A stretch of 64,000 nucleotides of DNA from Saprospiraceae bacterium (GCA_025056735.1 JANWVR010000119.1:501-64500); one strand, 5' to 3'. Shown: positions 18,579 through 28,090, counted from the stretch's first letter. Notes: generated by a model from the letters alone, not told the origin. Program-made: numbers and translations.

Positions 18579-18737
18579 ATGTATAAATATCTGCTGCAAT
18601 CGGTCGAGCATATCAACTGGTTTGGCATTACCGCCTTGCTCATCTTCTTCAGCGTTTTTTGCTTCGTTTTGCTCCGCGTGTTTTTCATTAAGAAAAGCAG
18701 CTGGGACGCCAAAGCCCGCATTCCGCTGGAGGATTGA
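18579..18737 (+). CDS. CcoQ/FixQ-like small membrane subunit (52 aa, below the ORF-track length cut-off)
   Basis: My translation is MYKYLLQSVEHINWFGITALLIFFSVFCFVLLRVFFIKKSSWDAKARIPLED*. One TM helix, a basic stretch after it, and a position between ccoNO and ccoP, as in other Bacteroidota cbb3 clusters. Confidence 0.6.
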   Translation: MYKYLLQSVEHINWFGITALLIFFSVFCFVLLRVFFIKKSSWDAKARIPLED

Positions 18738-18771
18738 TTTTTTCAAAAACGATCGCTGACTTTATCACAAA

Positions 18772-19746
18772 ATGTACATCAACATGAAACCCGTTCGCAA
18801 TATCCTACTCCTAATATTGATGGCCATCGGCGAGCACGGCTGGAGCCAGGCCGTTGAAGGTGCTGCCGGCGCGGCAGGGTCGGCGCTGTTTCCCAATATC
18901 ATGACAATGGTGCTGGTATCGGTGGCGGCGATACTCTTTATCGTTGCTATGATTTACGTGGTTCGCGTGAACCAGTTCCTGTACAAGCGCGTGCTGGAAT
19001 TGGAAGCAGCAAAAGCTGGCGTCACCCTGCCTAAAGAGGCCGCCGAAGCCGTTGCTGCTAAGGTGCAGCAAGAGAGCTTCTGGACGCGAATGCGCAAAAA
19101 ATACTGGGAAGACCCCGTACCCATCGAGCGCGAGGCTGAAATCATGTTCCACCATGAATATGACGGCATTCGCGAGCTGGACAACCGCCTGCCGCCGTGG
19201 TGGGTCAATTTGTTTATCCTGACTGTCGTGTGGTCGGCTATTTACATGTTCTACTATCACTGGGGCGGAGGCGGCCCATCCTCCACTGACGAGTACAACC
19301 AGGAAATGGAGCGGGCCAAGAAGGAGATCGCCATTGCCATGGCCGGTGCTGCCAACGCTGTGGATGAGAGCAACGTAGTCGCCCTGAAGGAGAGCGCAGC
19401 TTTGGCAGAGGGCGAGTTGATCTTCAAGAACTTATGCGCTGCCTGCCACGGCCAACTGGGCGAGGGCGGCGTGGGGCCTAACCTCACCGACGATTACTGG
19501 CTGCACGGCGGCGGCATCAAGAACGTCTTTAAGGTCATCAAATACGGCGTACCCGAAAAGGGTATGATCTCATGGCAAAGCCAGCTCACTCCCTCTGATA
19601 TGCAAAAAGTAGCATCGTTTATCCTAACGCTGCATGGAACTAATCCGCCCAACGGAAAAGATCCTCAGGGGGAATTGTGGAAAGAAGAACCGATACCGCA
19701 GGAGGGCTCTGGCCAAACCAGCGAGAGCACAGGGAGCATAAACTAA
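18772..19746 (+). CDS. ccoP: cbb3-type cytochrome c oxidase subunit III (CcoP), single haem c motif seen
   Basis: CcoP N-terminal domain (HEYDGIRELDNRLPPWWVNLFILTVVWSAIY) and one CxxCH (CAACHG...GPNLTDDYWLHGGG). Alternative start ATG at 18784 (MKPVRN). Confidence 0.85.
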   Translation: MYINMKPVRNILLLILMAIGEHGWSQAVEGAAGAAGSALFPNIMTMVLVSVAAILFIVAMIYVVRVNQFLYKRVLELEAAKAGVTLPKEAAEAVAAKVQQESFWTRMRKKYWEDPVPIEREAEIMFHHEYDGIRELDNRLPPWWVNLFILTVVWSAIYMFYYHWGGGGPSSTDEYNQEMERAKKEIAIAMAGAANAVDESNVVALKESAALAEGELIFKNLCAACHGQLGEGGVGPNLTDDYWLHGGGIKNVFKVIKYGVPEKGMISWQSQLTPSDMQKVASFILTLHGTNPPNGKDPQGELWKEEPIPQEGSGQTSESTGSIN

Positions 19747-19819
19747 CTATGGGTGCTCGTAGGCGAGGGAGGGTTGAGCCTGACCTCGCCCACGAGTGCA
19801 CACAATTACATCACATGCC

Positions 19820-21310
19820 ATGGCCGACACAAAAAAACTCCAGCCAGATACGCTTGTAGAGGATACCGAGAGTTTCCGCGATGCCCTTTCAACCGTGGAT
19901 GCACAGGGCAAGCGGATATGGATTTATCCGAAGCAACCTCAGGGCCGTTTCTACACTGCCCGCAAATGGGTGACGGCGGTTTTTGTCGCCCTTTTTTTGG
20001 TGATGCCCTTCATCAAAGTGGGTGGCGAGCAATTTCTACTGCTCAACGTGTTGGAGCGCAAGTTCGTGCTTTTTGGCATGGTATTCAGCCCGCAGGATTT
20101 TCACCTGTTTGTGCTGGTGATGCTCACTTTCCTGGTGTTCATCATCCTGTTCACGGTGGTCTATGGGCGCCTGTTCTGCGGATGGGTATGTCCGCAGACG
20201 GTATTCATGGAAATGATTTTCCGGCGCATCGAGTACTGGATAGAAGGAGATGCTGGCGAGCAGCGCCGCTTAGATAAAGCCCCCTGGACCTCGGAGAAAA
20301 TCCGAAAAAAGGCCCTCAAGCACGGCATTTTCTTCACTATAGCCGTAGTGGTATCCAACTATTTTTTAGCCTACATCATCGGCATGGAGCAGGTGCTGCG
20401 CATTATCAGCGAGCCTATTTCCAAAAACTGGGTTGGCTTTGTGAGCATGCTGGTCTTCTCGGGGGTGTTTTACTTCGTGTTTGCACGCCTGCGCGAACAG
20501 GTATGCACTACCATTTGCCCTTATGGCCGATTGCAAGGTGTTTTACTGGTCAAGGATACCATTGTGGTTGCTTACGACCACATGCGCGGTGAGCCGCGCG
20601 CTAAGTTGCGCAAAAACAAGGACGCTGCTCAACCAAGCCCTGTACAGCGCCTACAAACGGCTGTCAACGGGGGGATGGCACCTGCACGCACCGCCGGCGA
20701 TTGCATTGACTGTAACCTGTGCGTGGCGGTGTGCCCTACCGGCATTGATATCCGAAACGGCACCCAGCTGGAATGCACCAACTGTACCGCCTGCATAGAC
20801 GCCTGCGACCAGGTCATGGATAAAATCGGACGCCCGCGCGGACTCATCCGCTACGACTCCATGACCGGTATCGAAACCGGACACCGCCGCATCTTCACGC
20901 CGCGCGTCATCGGATATACCGCTGTGCTCATTGCCCTCATTGCTTTAGATATCGCTATGCTCACCGGACGTGGAGCCGTAGAAGCCATCATTCTGCGCTC
21001 ACCCGGACAGACCTATCAGGAAAAAGACGCCAACCATCTGACGAACCTATACACCTTCACCCTAATCAATAAAGCCAATAGAGACCTGCCCGTCGAACTT
21101 CGCCTCGCGTCGCCCAAAGGCAGCATCCAGATGGTAGGGCAGCCTATAGGGCAACTGCTCAAGGGCCGCACGCATAAAGGCGCTTTCTTTGTTGAGTTGG
21201 AAAAAACGCAATTACAAGGGCGTAAAACACCCATCATTATTGAAGTCTGGTCGGAAGGCAAAAAAATTGACTACGTAAAAACATCTTTCATGGGGCCCGG
21301 GCGGCGATAA
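19820..21310 (+). CDS. ccoG: Cytochrome c oxidase accessory protein CcoG (4Fe-4S ferredoxin-type membrane protein)
   Basis: CGWVCPQTVFME, a second cluster CIDCNLCVAVCPTGIDIRNG...CTNCTACIDAC, and a C-terminal Ig-like domain. The track start at 19796 is GTG; the first ATG is at 19820 (MADTKKLQPD). Confidence 0.9.
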   Translation: MADTKKLQPDTLVEDTESFRDALSTVDAQGKRIWIYPKQPQGRFYTARKWVTAVFVALFLVMPFIKVGGEQFLLLNVLERKFVLFGMVFSPQDFHLFVLVMLTFLVFIILFTVVYGRLFCGWVCPQTVFMEMIFRRIEYWIEGDAGEQRRLDKAPWTSEKIRKKALKHGIFFTIAVVVSNYFLAYIIGMEQVLRIISEPISKNWVGFVSMLVFSGVFYFVFARLREQVCTTICPYGRLQGVLLVKDTIVVAYDHMRGEPRAKLRKNKDAAQPSPVQRLQTAVNGGMAPARTAGDCIDCNLCVAVCPTGIDIRNGTQLECTNCTACIDACDQVMDKIGRPRGLIRYDSMTGIETGHRRIFTPRVIGYTAVLIALIALDIAMLTGRGAVEAIILRSPGQTYQEKDANHLTNLYTFTLINKANRDLPVELRLASPKGSIQMVGQPIGQLLKGRTHKGAFFVELEKTQLQGRKTPIIIEVWSEGKKIDYVKTSFMGPGRR

Positions 21311-21367
21311 AATTGCCTAAACGGTCTTGACTCTGTCTTAACTGTCCATTTAAAAAAGGGAAGTCCT

Positions 21368-21811
21368 ATGAAGTTTCACTGGGGTATTGGTATTGCGCTG
21401 TTTTACGGCGCTTTTGTGCTGACGATGCTTGCGTTTGTATTCCGCAGCTGTGCTCACGATCCGGGACTTGTTAGCAAGAATTATTACGAGCTTGATCTGA
21501 ACTATCAGGCGCATTTAGAAAAGAAACAAAATGCTGCTGCCTTGCGCACGCCTGTTGTGGCGCGCTACGACGGGCCTAAAGGCGCCTTCGTACTGCTGTT
21601 TCCCGCTCAGGCGGGCAAGCCCACTGGCAAGATAAAGTGCTTCCGCGCTGCCACTACGCGCGACGACCGCTGGCTCGACATCCAGACCAACGAGCAGGGC
21701 GTTATGGAAATTCCGGCAGCCGACTTTGCGCCCGGTCGCTGGCATATCGAGGCCGACTGGACAGGCAACGACGGCAAACCTTACTTCCACGAACTCGTTG
21801 TCGTGCGATGA
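21368..21811 (+). CDS. FixH family protein
   Basis: 147 aa. MKFHWGIGIALFYGAFVLTMLAFVF...LVSKNYYELDLNYQAHLEKKQNA matches the FixH N-terminus. Position after ccoG. Confidence 0.8.
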   Translation: MKFHWGIGIALFYGAFVLTMLAFVFRSCAHDPGLVSKNYYELDLNYQAHLEKKQNAAALRTPVVARYDGPKGAFVLLFPAQAGKPTGKIKCFRAATTRDDRWLDIQTNEQGVMEIPAADFAPGRWHIEADWTGNDGKPYFHELVVVR

Positions 21812-22506
21812 CATTACTGGTCTGGACGGCTTTTGCCTTAGGGCTGGCCGGTAGCATCCACTGCGCCGGGATGTGCGGGCCGCTGATGCTCGCCCTACCG
21901 CTGGCGCACGGCAGCCGTAAAGCCGACTGGTGGACAGCCGCCGCCTATCAGATAGGGCGTGTAAGCGTTTACGCAGCGTTGGGATTGTTCTTTGGCCTGG
22001 TGGGCAAAGGCATTCGCGTCGCCGGTTTCCAACAGGCACTGGCCATCGGCGGTGGGGCCCTCCTCGTGGTGGGCGCGCTCTTCCCTCTTGTGCTTGAACG
22101 CGGCGCCCTACGCCTGCCGGGGCTACACCGCCTAACTACCTGGGTGCAGCAACGCATCAGCGCACTGCTCCAGCGCAATTCCTTATTCGCCACCGCCGCC
22201 ATCGGTGCGCTCAACGGCCTGTTGCCCTGCGGATTGGTATATGCCGCTTTGGCCGGCGCCATCAGCACCGCCGAAGGATGGCAGGGCGCCGTGTTCATGG
22301 CTGCCTTTGGCGCAGGCACTACGCCGCTCCTCTTCCTCCTCATGGGCGGCCGCAGCACCCTCTCGCCTGCCTGGCGACTACGCCTGCGCCGCCTCCAGCC
22401 CATCGCATTAGCAGCCGTCGGCCTGTGGCTCATCTGGCGAGGGCTGCATTTAGACCTCTCCCTCTTCGACTCAGCGGTGCCGAAGGCGCGATTAGAATGC
22501 CATTGA
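21808..22506 (+). CDS. DsbD_2 / TauE-SafE-like membrane protein of the cbb3 cluster
   Basis: The start ATG at 21808 overlaps the fixH stop (ATGA). MTLLVWTAFALGLAGSIHCAGMCGPLMLALP carries the HCxxMCGP motif; about 6 TM helices. The track ORF 21637..22506 has an arginine-rich out-of-family extension that overlaps fixH. Confidence 0.75.
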   Translation: MTLLVWTAFALGLAGSIHCAGMCGPLMLALPLAHGSRKADWWTAAAYQIGRVSVYAALGLFFGLVGKGIRVAGFQQALAIGGGALLVVGALFPLVLERGALRLPGLHRLTTWVQQRISALLQRNSLFATAAIGALNGLLPCGLVYAALAGAISTAEGWQGAVFMAAFGAGTTPLLFLLMGGRSTLSPAWRLRLRRLQPIALAAVGLWLIWRGLHLDLSLFDSAVPKARLECH

Positions 22507-22745
22507 AAGACGGCCCAATCCTTAATTTTGTGGCAAATACAAAATAAGGCATCAAAAGGCCTCTACCCGAAAAGCGCAAAGAGGCGCATAAAAACGCAGA
22601 GAGTTTTTTCTCTCTCGCAATTAAAAATAAAGAAACGCTGCTCAGGCACCTTTCGAGGCGTCGGAGAACAAAGGGTATTGCTGTGGTGGAGGTAAGTCGC
22701 GTAACGCCTGTTGATATTTCGCCTTCAGCCGGCACTGCGACGCGC

Positions 22746-23357
22746 CTAAATCAACCAGTTTGCGGCCAGGAAGAGCACCAGATAAATCCAGAGCAAATCC
22801 AAGAAGTGCCAGTAAATGGTCAGCAGGCGCAGTTTGAGACGCTTTTCGGGGTCCGAGAAGTAGAGCAGCACCGTAATTGGCTCCACCATTTGTTTTCGAG
22901 CAGTGCGGTAGAAGGCCATCAGGAAAGGAAGCCCGGCAACTACGTGAGCAAAGTGGGCAATGGAAAGCACATACAGAAAGCCCGCCGTAGTAGAGCTTTG
23001 CATGCTGATCTGGTTGATGTTGAACAGCCATAACCAGGCAATGCCCTGCATGACCAGAAAGAGAACCGAAAGCCATATGGTGCGCTTGAGCTGTCGCTGA
23101 TAGCCAGCGGTGTCGTCGTTCCGGTATGCCTTTTTAGCCTGCATCAGCGTATAGCTGCTGCCCAGCAAGAGGGTGGTATTTAGGATGAAAAGCCATGGCA
23201 GTCGCACTGGAGGCACGTTCATCGTAACCCGAATGTAAATATAGCTCGCTGTCAGGGCCAGAAACAGAAACGTTAGGCCAAACAGGAGCAAGAACAGCAT
23301 GACGTTGTAGGGATGGAAGGTGAGGTCTTCCTCTAAGGCGCGCGGTTCTTTTTCCAT
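22746..23357 (-). CDS. Haem-copper oxidase subunit III-like protein (orphan)
   Basis: 203 aa from MEKEPRAL (ATG at 23357). Five TM helices and C-terminal LTIYWHFLDLLWIYLVLFL, the YWHFVDVVW-type subunit III signature. Confidence 0.8.
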   Translation of the reverse strand: MEKEPRALEEDLTFHPYNVMLFLLLFGLTFLFLALTASYIYIRVTMNVPPVRLPWLFILNTTLLLGSSYTLMQAKKAYRNDDTAGYQRQLKRTIWLSVLFLVMQGIAWLWLFNINQISMQSSTTAGFLYVLSIAHFAHVVAGLPFLMAFYRTARKQMVEPITVLLYFSDPEKRLKLRLLTIYWHFLDLLWIYLVLFLAANWLI

Positions 23358-23361
23358 GTCG

Positions 23362-24231
23362 TCAAGTAGAAATAAGTGCAATAGCGGCAACGGCAAGGGC
23401 AATTCCCCAACGTTGAAGGCCAGACAAGCGCTCGTCAAACAGCCACACTGCGCCAAAAGTTGTCGTTAGGATGATGCCGATGTTCATCAGCGGAAACGCT
23501 ACCGATGCTTCTAAGCCGCTGTCCAAGGCACGCAGCAAAAACCACATGCTGGCGTAGTTTGGCACGCCCAGTACGAGGCCGCCTACGACATTGCGCCACG
23601 AGAAGCGCAACCGATCCAATGCCAGCCCTACCACAGCCACTGCCAGCCCCAGTAGACCCGCTGTGCCAAAAACAGTGGTGATAAAAATGGGACTATTCGT
23701 GTCTGTAAGACGCTCGTGTTGTACCGTTACCAGCACCATCTCGATAACGCCCGATAGCACCCATGTCAGCAGAGGGATCCACAACAGGCCCATGCCCATG
23801 AGCGCCGAAGTCCGCGCCGGCTCCTTGCGCCAGTTGACTAACACGATGGCCGCCAACGCTAACACAAACCCCATCCATTTCGCCGCGCTTGACGACTCTC
23901 GATAAACCCAGATAGCAAAAGGTACCGTCAGCAAAATGGACATCTTCTGCATCACCTGACTAACCGTTACCCCAAAGTAACGCACCGTCTGTGCCGCCGC
24001 ATTGAAGCCAGAAATGAATACCAAACCCAACATCAGCGCATATGGCATCCATGGTGCCGAACGCTCTGCCGACCCAAACGGCAACACCCCGGCGTGCCAC
24101 CACCCGCACGCCACACAGGTAAAGTAATTGACTACGATGGCCTGAAACGCATGCACCCCATACCGCTCGAACAACTTGAAAATGAAGCCCAGTAGAACGG
24201 AGCAAAGGATGGCTAAAAGCAGACTAACCAC
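23362..24231 (-). CDS. DMT-superfamily (EamA-like) transporter
   Basis: 289 aa, about 10 TM helices in two similar halves, GTG start. Only 4 nt upstream of the CoxIII-like gene. Confidence 0.6.
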   Translation of the reverse strand: MVSLLLAILCSVLLGFIFKLFERYGVHAFQAIVVNYFTCVACGWWHAGVLPFGSAERSAPWMPYALMLGLVFISGFNAAAQTVRYFGVTVSQVMQKMSILLTVPFAIWVYRESSSAAKWMGFVLALAAIVLVNWRKEPARTSALMGMGLLWIPLLTWVLSGVIEMVLVTVQHERLTDTNSPIFITTVFGTAGLLGLAVAVVGLALDRLRFSWRNVVGGLVLGVPNYASMWFLLRALDSGLEASVAFPLMNIGIILTTTFGAVWLFDERLSGLQRWGIALAVAAIALIST

Positions 24232-24288
24232 TCCAGCGCGTTTTTAATCGAAGAGATGTAAACTCAGGTCTATTTAAAAGCATCTGGC

Positions 24289-27045
24289 TCAACTCCGTCC
24301 ACTTTCCATGATCATCTGCCGCAATTCCGCATTGAAGGCGTCGGCTTTTTGCAGCGCCTCTATGGTCAGGTGCATGCGATATCGCCAATAGTGATTGGCA
24401 TTGGCGGGCACATTGATGCGTTCATCGTGTGGGTTTTCGCGTCGGAGGGCACCGTTGATACTCATCAGGTCTTGCAATTGGAAGATGGCCCACATAGCCG
24501 GCGAATGCAGGTGCTGGTTGAGGATAACGCGGCATACCCACGGTTCGCAGAAGTAGGGCGCTGTGCCGGCGTAACCCAGCATTTCGTTGAAGAAGCGCTG
24601 TGAGCGTTCGCGGTCTTCTTCCCACCAGCCGCGTAGGGTGCTCATGTCGTGGGTGGAAGGCGTTACGACCGACAGGTAGGGAGCGTCTTTAGGATTAAAG
24701 AACGCCACGCCGGTTGCCTTGGGCATACGCTGTACCTCTAAGCTCAGGATGCCCACTTCGCGCATGACGTCAGGCACGCAGTTAGGCACCATACCTAAGT
24801 CCTCTCCGCATACGAGCATGCGGGTGGCGCGTTTAAGGGCAGGCAGCTTTTGCATAGCCTCGCGTTGCCATAGCGCGTCCTGACGGCGGTAGAAGTATTC
24901 TATGTAAAGCTGTTTTAGCGGCGCCTTGACGGTGTCGGGCAGTGCTTGGAAGGAGGCGGTTTTCTCCATGTCAATGCGGAAGGCATAGGCTTTTTCCTCA
25001 GCGCCTTCGGGCGTCACATCGAGCAGAATGACGTTAGCGTGCAGTTGGAGCAACCCTTCGCGCACGATAGGCGGCATGGCTGCCGGGTCGGGCATTTTTC
25101 GGCTGACGCGCTTGCCCTTACCCGTTGATGTTGCGCCTAAGGCCCAAAAAGCCTCCACTTTTCGCTGCGTGTCGAAGGCAGGTTTGAAGGCGTATTGTCC
25201 TCCGCCCGACCAATGGCCGGCATCAGGAGTGCGCTCCAAAAAAGTATCGCGCACGGCGTCAGCGTATTCGCCGAAGAAGCGGCGCAGTATGGCATCCGTG
25301 ATATATGGTTTGCACAGACGCTCGTAGTTAAAGCCAATGCCAGCGCGGTGGAATTCGTCTTCGCGGAGCGGCACAGCCGGCACAAAATGGCCCAGAATGC
25401 CCTGGGTGGCCTGGAATGGGATGCTCCAGATGCGGAAGAAGCCCAAGATGTGGTCAATGCGGAAAGCGTCGAAGTATCGGCTCATTTGCTCAAAGCGCTG
25501 GCGCCACCAGGCGTAGCCGTCGGCCTTCATGCGCTCCCAGTTGTAGGTCGGAAAGCCCCAATTTTGGCCGCTAACAGCAAAATCGTCGGGTGGCGCGCCG
25601 GCCTGCATGTCCATATTGTAAAGCTCGGGAGCCATCCAGGCGTCGCAGCTGAAACGATAGATGCCGATAGGGATATCGCCTTTGAGCACCACACCTCGCG
25701 CATGGGCATACTCGACGGCAGTGCGCAGCTGGCGGTGCAAATGCCATTGCACGAAGTAATGTATGGCAATGGCGTCGTAGTGCTTCGCATTGGGCGCTGT
25801 CAGCTTCTCAATAGCCGATGGCCGATACGTGGCGTGTTCCTGCCACCGGCTGAAGTCGCACGTGCCGTATTTGTCGCGCAGGAAGCAGAAGGCGGCGTAA
25901 GGGACCAACCAGTCGCGGTTGTCGGCAAAATAGCGCTTAAAAGCTGGATTTTGCAGGAAATGCTCCTTTTGCGCAGCAAAGAGTTCTTGGATGATAGCCC
26001 ATTTAGTTTGGATAACGGCTTCGTAGTCCACGTTTTCCATGCCGTTAAGGGCAGTTTGCTGCCGGGCATACGGTTTCAGTAGAGCCGCGTGTTCTTCACC
26101 GGCCACTTCGGCCACGTTCAGATAGAGCGGGTGTAGGGCAAAGGCCGATATGGCAGAATAGGGATAGGAGTCGGCCCAAGTGCCGGTGGCAGAAGTGTCG
26201 TTGATGGGGAGTAATTGAATCAGGCGAATACCCACCTGTGCCGCCCAATCCACGAAAGGCAGCAGGTCAGAAAATTCGCCGACGCCGAAGCTGCGCTCGG
26301 TGCGTAGGCTAAAGACCGGGATGGCCACGCCGACGCCGCGCCAGAGTGTGGTAGGGAGTCGAGCGAAGCCATCGTGCAGTACGGTGTAGCGAGTGGTGGG
26401 GTGTGGCTGATGGATAACGCGATTGCTTCCCCGCTCAAAGCCTCGAAAGGTGCGGGTGCGCGTATTCCAGATGCCGTACTTGTAGCCCAGAGGGAAAGCT
26501 TCGTCCGACAGGTCGAGCGCTATTGTCCATTCCTGTTCGTCGGGCTGTAGGAGGAGAGGGGCTCCCGTGTCCCAATTGCGCAGAGCGCGTCCGTGTCCCA
26601 GCAAGCACACGGTTTCATCAGGCGACAGCAGCGGCGCTTTTACGCGAAAGCGATGCGTCCAACGACCGGTGGCGCGTGTGCGTGTCGGCGGCGATGGCTG
26701 TGGCGTCAGCACTCGAAATGCCTGTGTCTCAAACGCATGCTCCACCGCACCCATTGGCTCCCAGTGGTCGTATGCCTCGACATACTCGTCTGCCTCCTCA
26801 ACCATCAGCACTCGATCGCGCCACTCCGTGCGTCGGTTGCCAAACTCGTCGCGCCATTCATAGTGATACTGCAGCACGTCACCCGGCGCTGTGTCAAACG
26901 CCAGCGTTCCATGCCACAGGCTGTCGTTCAGGTAATAAAGTAAATGCTCCTCTTCGCGAATGTTAGCGCCGCGTTGAATGCGGACAATGACATAGAGGTT
27001 CTCGCCGTATTGTGTTGTGTAATAGATATAAAAATGAACATTCAT
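24289..27045 (-). CDS. malQ: 4-alpha-glucanotransferase (GH77 amylomaltase) with N-terminal starch-binding (CBM20-like) region
   Basis: MNVHFYIYYTTQYGENLYVI... (CBM-like), then GH77 blocks (GVGEFSDLLPFVDWA, DSYPYSAISAFALHPLYL, DHILGFFRIWSIP, CGEDLGMVP, TPSTHDMSTLRGWW). The ATG at 27045 fits; the track extension to 27255 is non-homologous. Confidence 0.9.
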   Translation of the reverse strand: MNVHFYIYYTTQYGENLYVIVRIQRGANIREEEHLLYYLNDSLWHGTLAFDTAPGDVLQYHYEWRDEFGNRRTEWRDRVLMVEEADEYVEAYDHWEPMGAVEHAFETQAFRVLTPQPSPPTRTRATGRWTHRFRVKAPLLSPDETVCLLGHGRALRNWDTGAPLLLQPDEQEWTIALDLSDEAFPLGYKYGIWNTRTRTFRGFERGSNRVIHQPHPTTRYTVLHDGFARLPTTLWRGVGVAIPVFSLRTERSFGVGEFSDLLPFVDWAAQVGIRLIQLLPINDTSATGTWADSYPYSAISAFALHPLYLNVAEVAGEEHAALLKPYARQQTALNGMENVDYEAVIQTKWAIIQELFAAQKEHFLQNPAFKRYFADNRDWLVPYAAFCFLRDKYGTCDFSRWQEHATYRPSAIEKLTAPNAKHYDAIAIHYFVQWHLHRQLRTAVEYAHARGVVLKGDIPIGIYRFSCDAWMAPELYNMDMQAGAPPDDFAVSGQNWGFPTYNWERMKADGYAWWRQRFEQMSRYFDAFRIDHILGFFRIWSIPFQATQGILGHFVPAVPLREDEFHRAGIGFNYERLCKPYITDAILRRFFGEYADAVRDTFLERTPDAGHWSGGGQYAFKPAFDTQRKVEAFWALGATSTGKGKRVSRKMPDPAAMPPIVREGLLQLHANVILLDVTPEGAEEKAYAFRIDMEKTASFQALPDTVKAPLKQLYIEYFYRRQDALWQREAMQKLPALKRATRMLVCGEDLGMVPNCVPDVMREVGILSLEVQRMPKATGVAFFNPKDAPYLSVVTPSTHDMSTLRGWWEEDRERSQRFFNEMLGYAGTAPYFCEPWVCRVILNQHLHSPAMWAIFQLQDLMSINGALRRENPHDERINVPANANHYWRYRMHLTIEALQKADAFNAELRQMIMESGRS

Positions 27046-27210
27046 AAAAAGAAAGACCGCCCCATAATGGTCGGCGGCGAAAATAGAGAAAAACATCAGT
27101 TGACCGCTGCTAACAATTCTCCTCGCTGGTCGAAAGCAACTCTGCGATGCGCCCGAACAGCGCTGTTCTGACTCGAAACGGCTGTCAATGTTCTGCGCTA
27201 TGTTTGGAGT

Positions 27211-27218
27211 TATCTTTG
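27211..27218 (+). promoter_or_regulatory. TAnnTTTG -7 box (TATCTTTG; a second, TATGTTTG, at 27199-27206)
   Basis: Two consensus matches in the malQ/cyclase divergent region, about 100 nt upstream of the cyclase ATG. Confidence 0.3.
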
Positions 27219-27317
27219 CTGGGCGAAGTCCTGCTTGCGCGTTCGCCAAAAGCACCCGTACTTTTGCTCGTGCCCTTGCAGCGGAAGGCCGTTAGCAGGG
27301 GGCTGTTGCCGGAGAAC

Positions 27318-28073
27318 ATGCTCGTCCACCTTTCTCGAAACGGCCAGGCCTTTTGCGCCGACCTGACGCGCGGCATTGACTTGTCGCTGTCGCTGCGCAA
27401 TGGCGCTGACAATCCCAACGCCTTTTGGGCGCCGATGCCTTCGTTCAGCCCAGTACGTGCGGGCGATTTTGTGGGTAGCACAGCAGAGGACGGTCCGGTC
27501 AATTTTTTCAACGTTTTTTTTAATCCGCACGGCAACGGCACGCATACGGAATGCGTAGGGCATATTGCTCGCGAGCGCTATGTGTTGCGCGAATGCCTGC
27601 GCGAGTTTCATTGCTGGGCCAAAGTGGTCAGCCTATATCCGCGCCGCCTCGACGATGGTGACCGCGTGCTCATGCGCGACCAAATCGAAGACGTGCTAAC
27701 GCCCGGCGAGGCCGATGCCTTGGTATTGCGTACGCTGCCCAACGACCCGACGAAAAAGACGCGCCAGTACTCTGGCACCAATCCGCCCTATCTGCACGCG
27801 GCGGCGGCAGCTTTTTTAGCCGAGTGCGGCATCCGCCACCTGCTGATTGACCTGCCGTCGGTAGACCGGGAAGAGGACGGCGGAGTGCTGGCCGCACATA
27901 AGGCCTTTTGGCAATATCCGGAGGCTGTGCGCAGCAATTGCACCATCACGGAGCTCGTCTATGTGCCTAATGAGGTTGCCGATGGAATGTACTGGCTAAA
28001 TCTGCAAACCGCCGCGTTTGATTTGGATGTTAGCCCATCTCGACCAGTATTGTTTGCGCTGCAGGCGTGTTAA
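27318..28073 (+). CDS. Putative cyclase family protein (kynurenine formamidase-like fold)
   Basis: HGNGTHTECVGHI resembles the HxGTHxDxPxH metal site, and LLIDLPSVDREEDGGVLAAHKAFW follows. ATG at 27318 (MLVHLSRNG). Confidence 0.7.
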   Translation: MLVHLSRNGQAFCADLTRGIDLSLSLRNGADNPNAFWAPMPSFSPVRAGDFVGSTAEDGPVNFFNVFFNPHGNGTHTECVGHIARERYVLRECLREFHCWAKVVSLYPRRLDDGDRVLMRDQIEDVLTPGEADALVLRTLPNDPTKKTRQYSGTNPPYLHAAAAAFLAECGIRHLLIDLPSVDREEDGGVLAAHKAFWQYPEAVRSNCTITELVYVPNEVADGMYWLNLQTAAFDLDVSPSRPVLFALQAC

Positions 28074-28090
28074 GCTCGAGCACTTGCGCC

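Noticed and set aside
22519-22615. A cluster of AT-rich and AGAGAG/CTCTCT hairpins in the convergent gap after the cbb3 cluster. It shares words (GCGCAAAG, CGCAGAG) that loosely resemble the reverse complement of the 60-bp direct repeat.
   Set aside because: The similarity is limited to 6-8-nt words in a different order. The hairpins are adequately explained as terminators for the two convergent transcription units.
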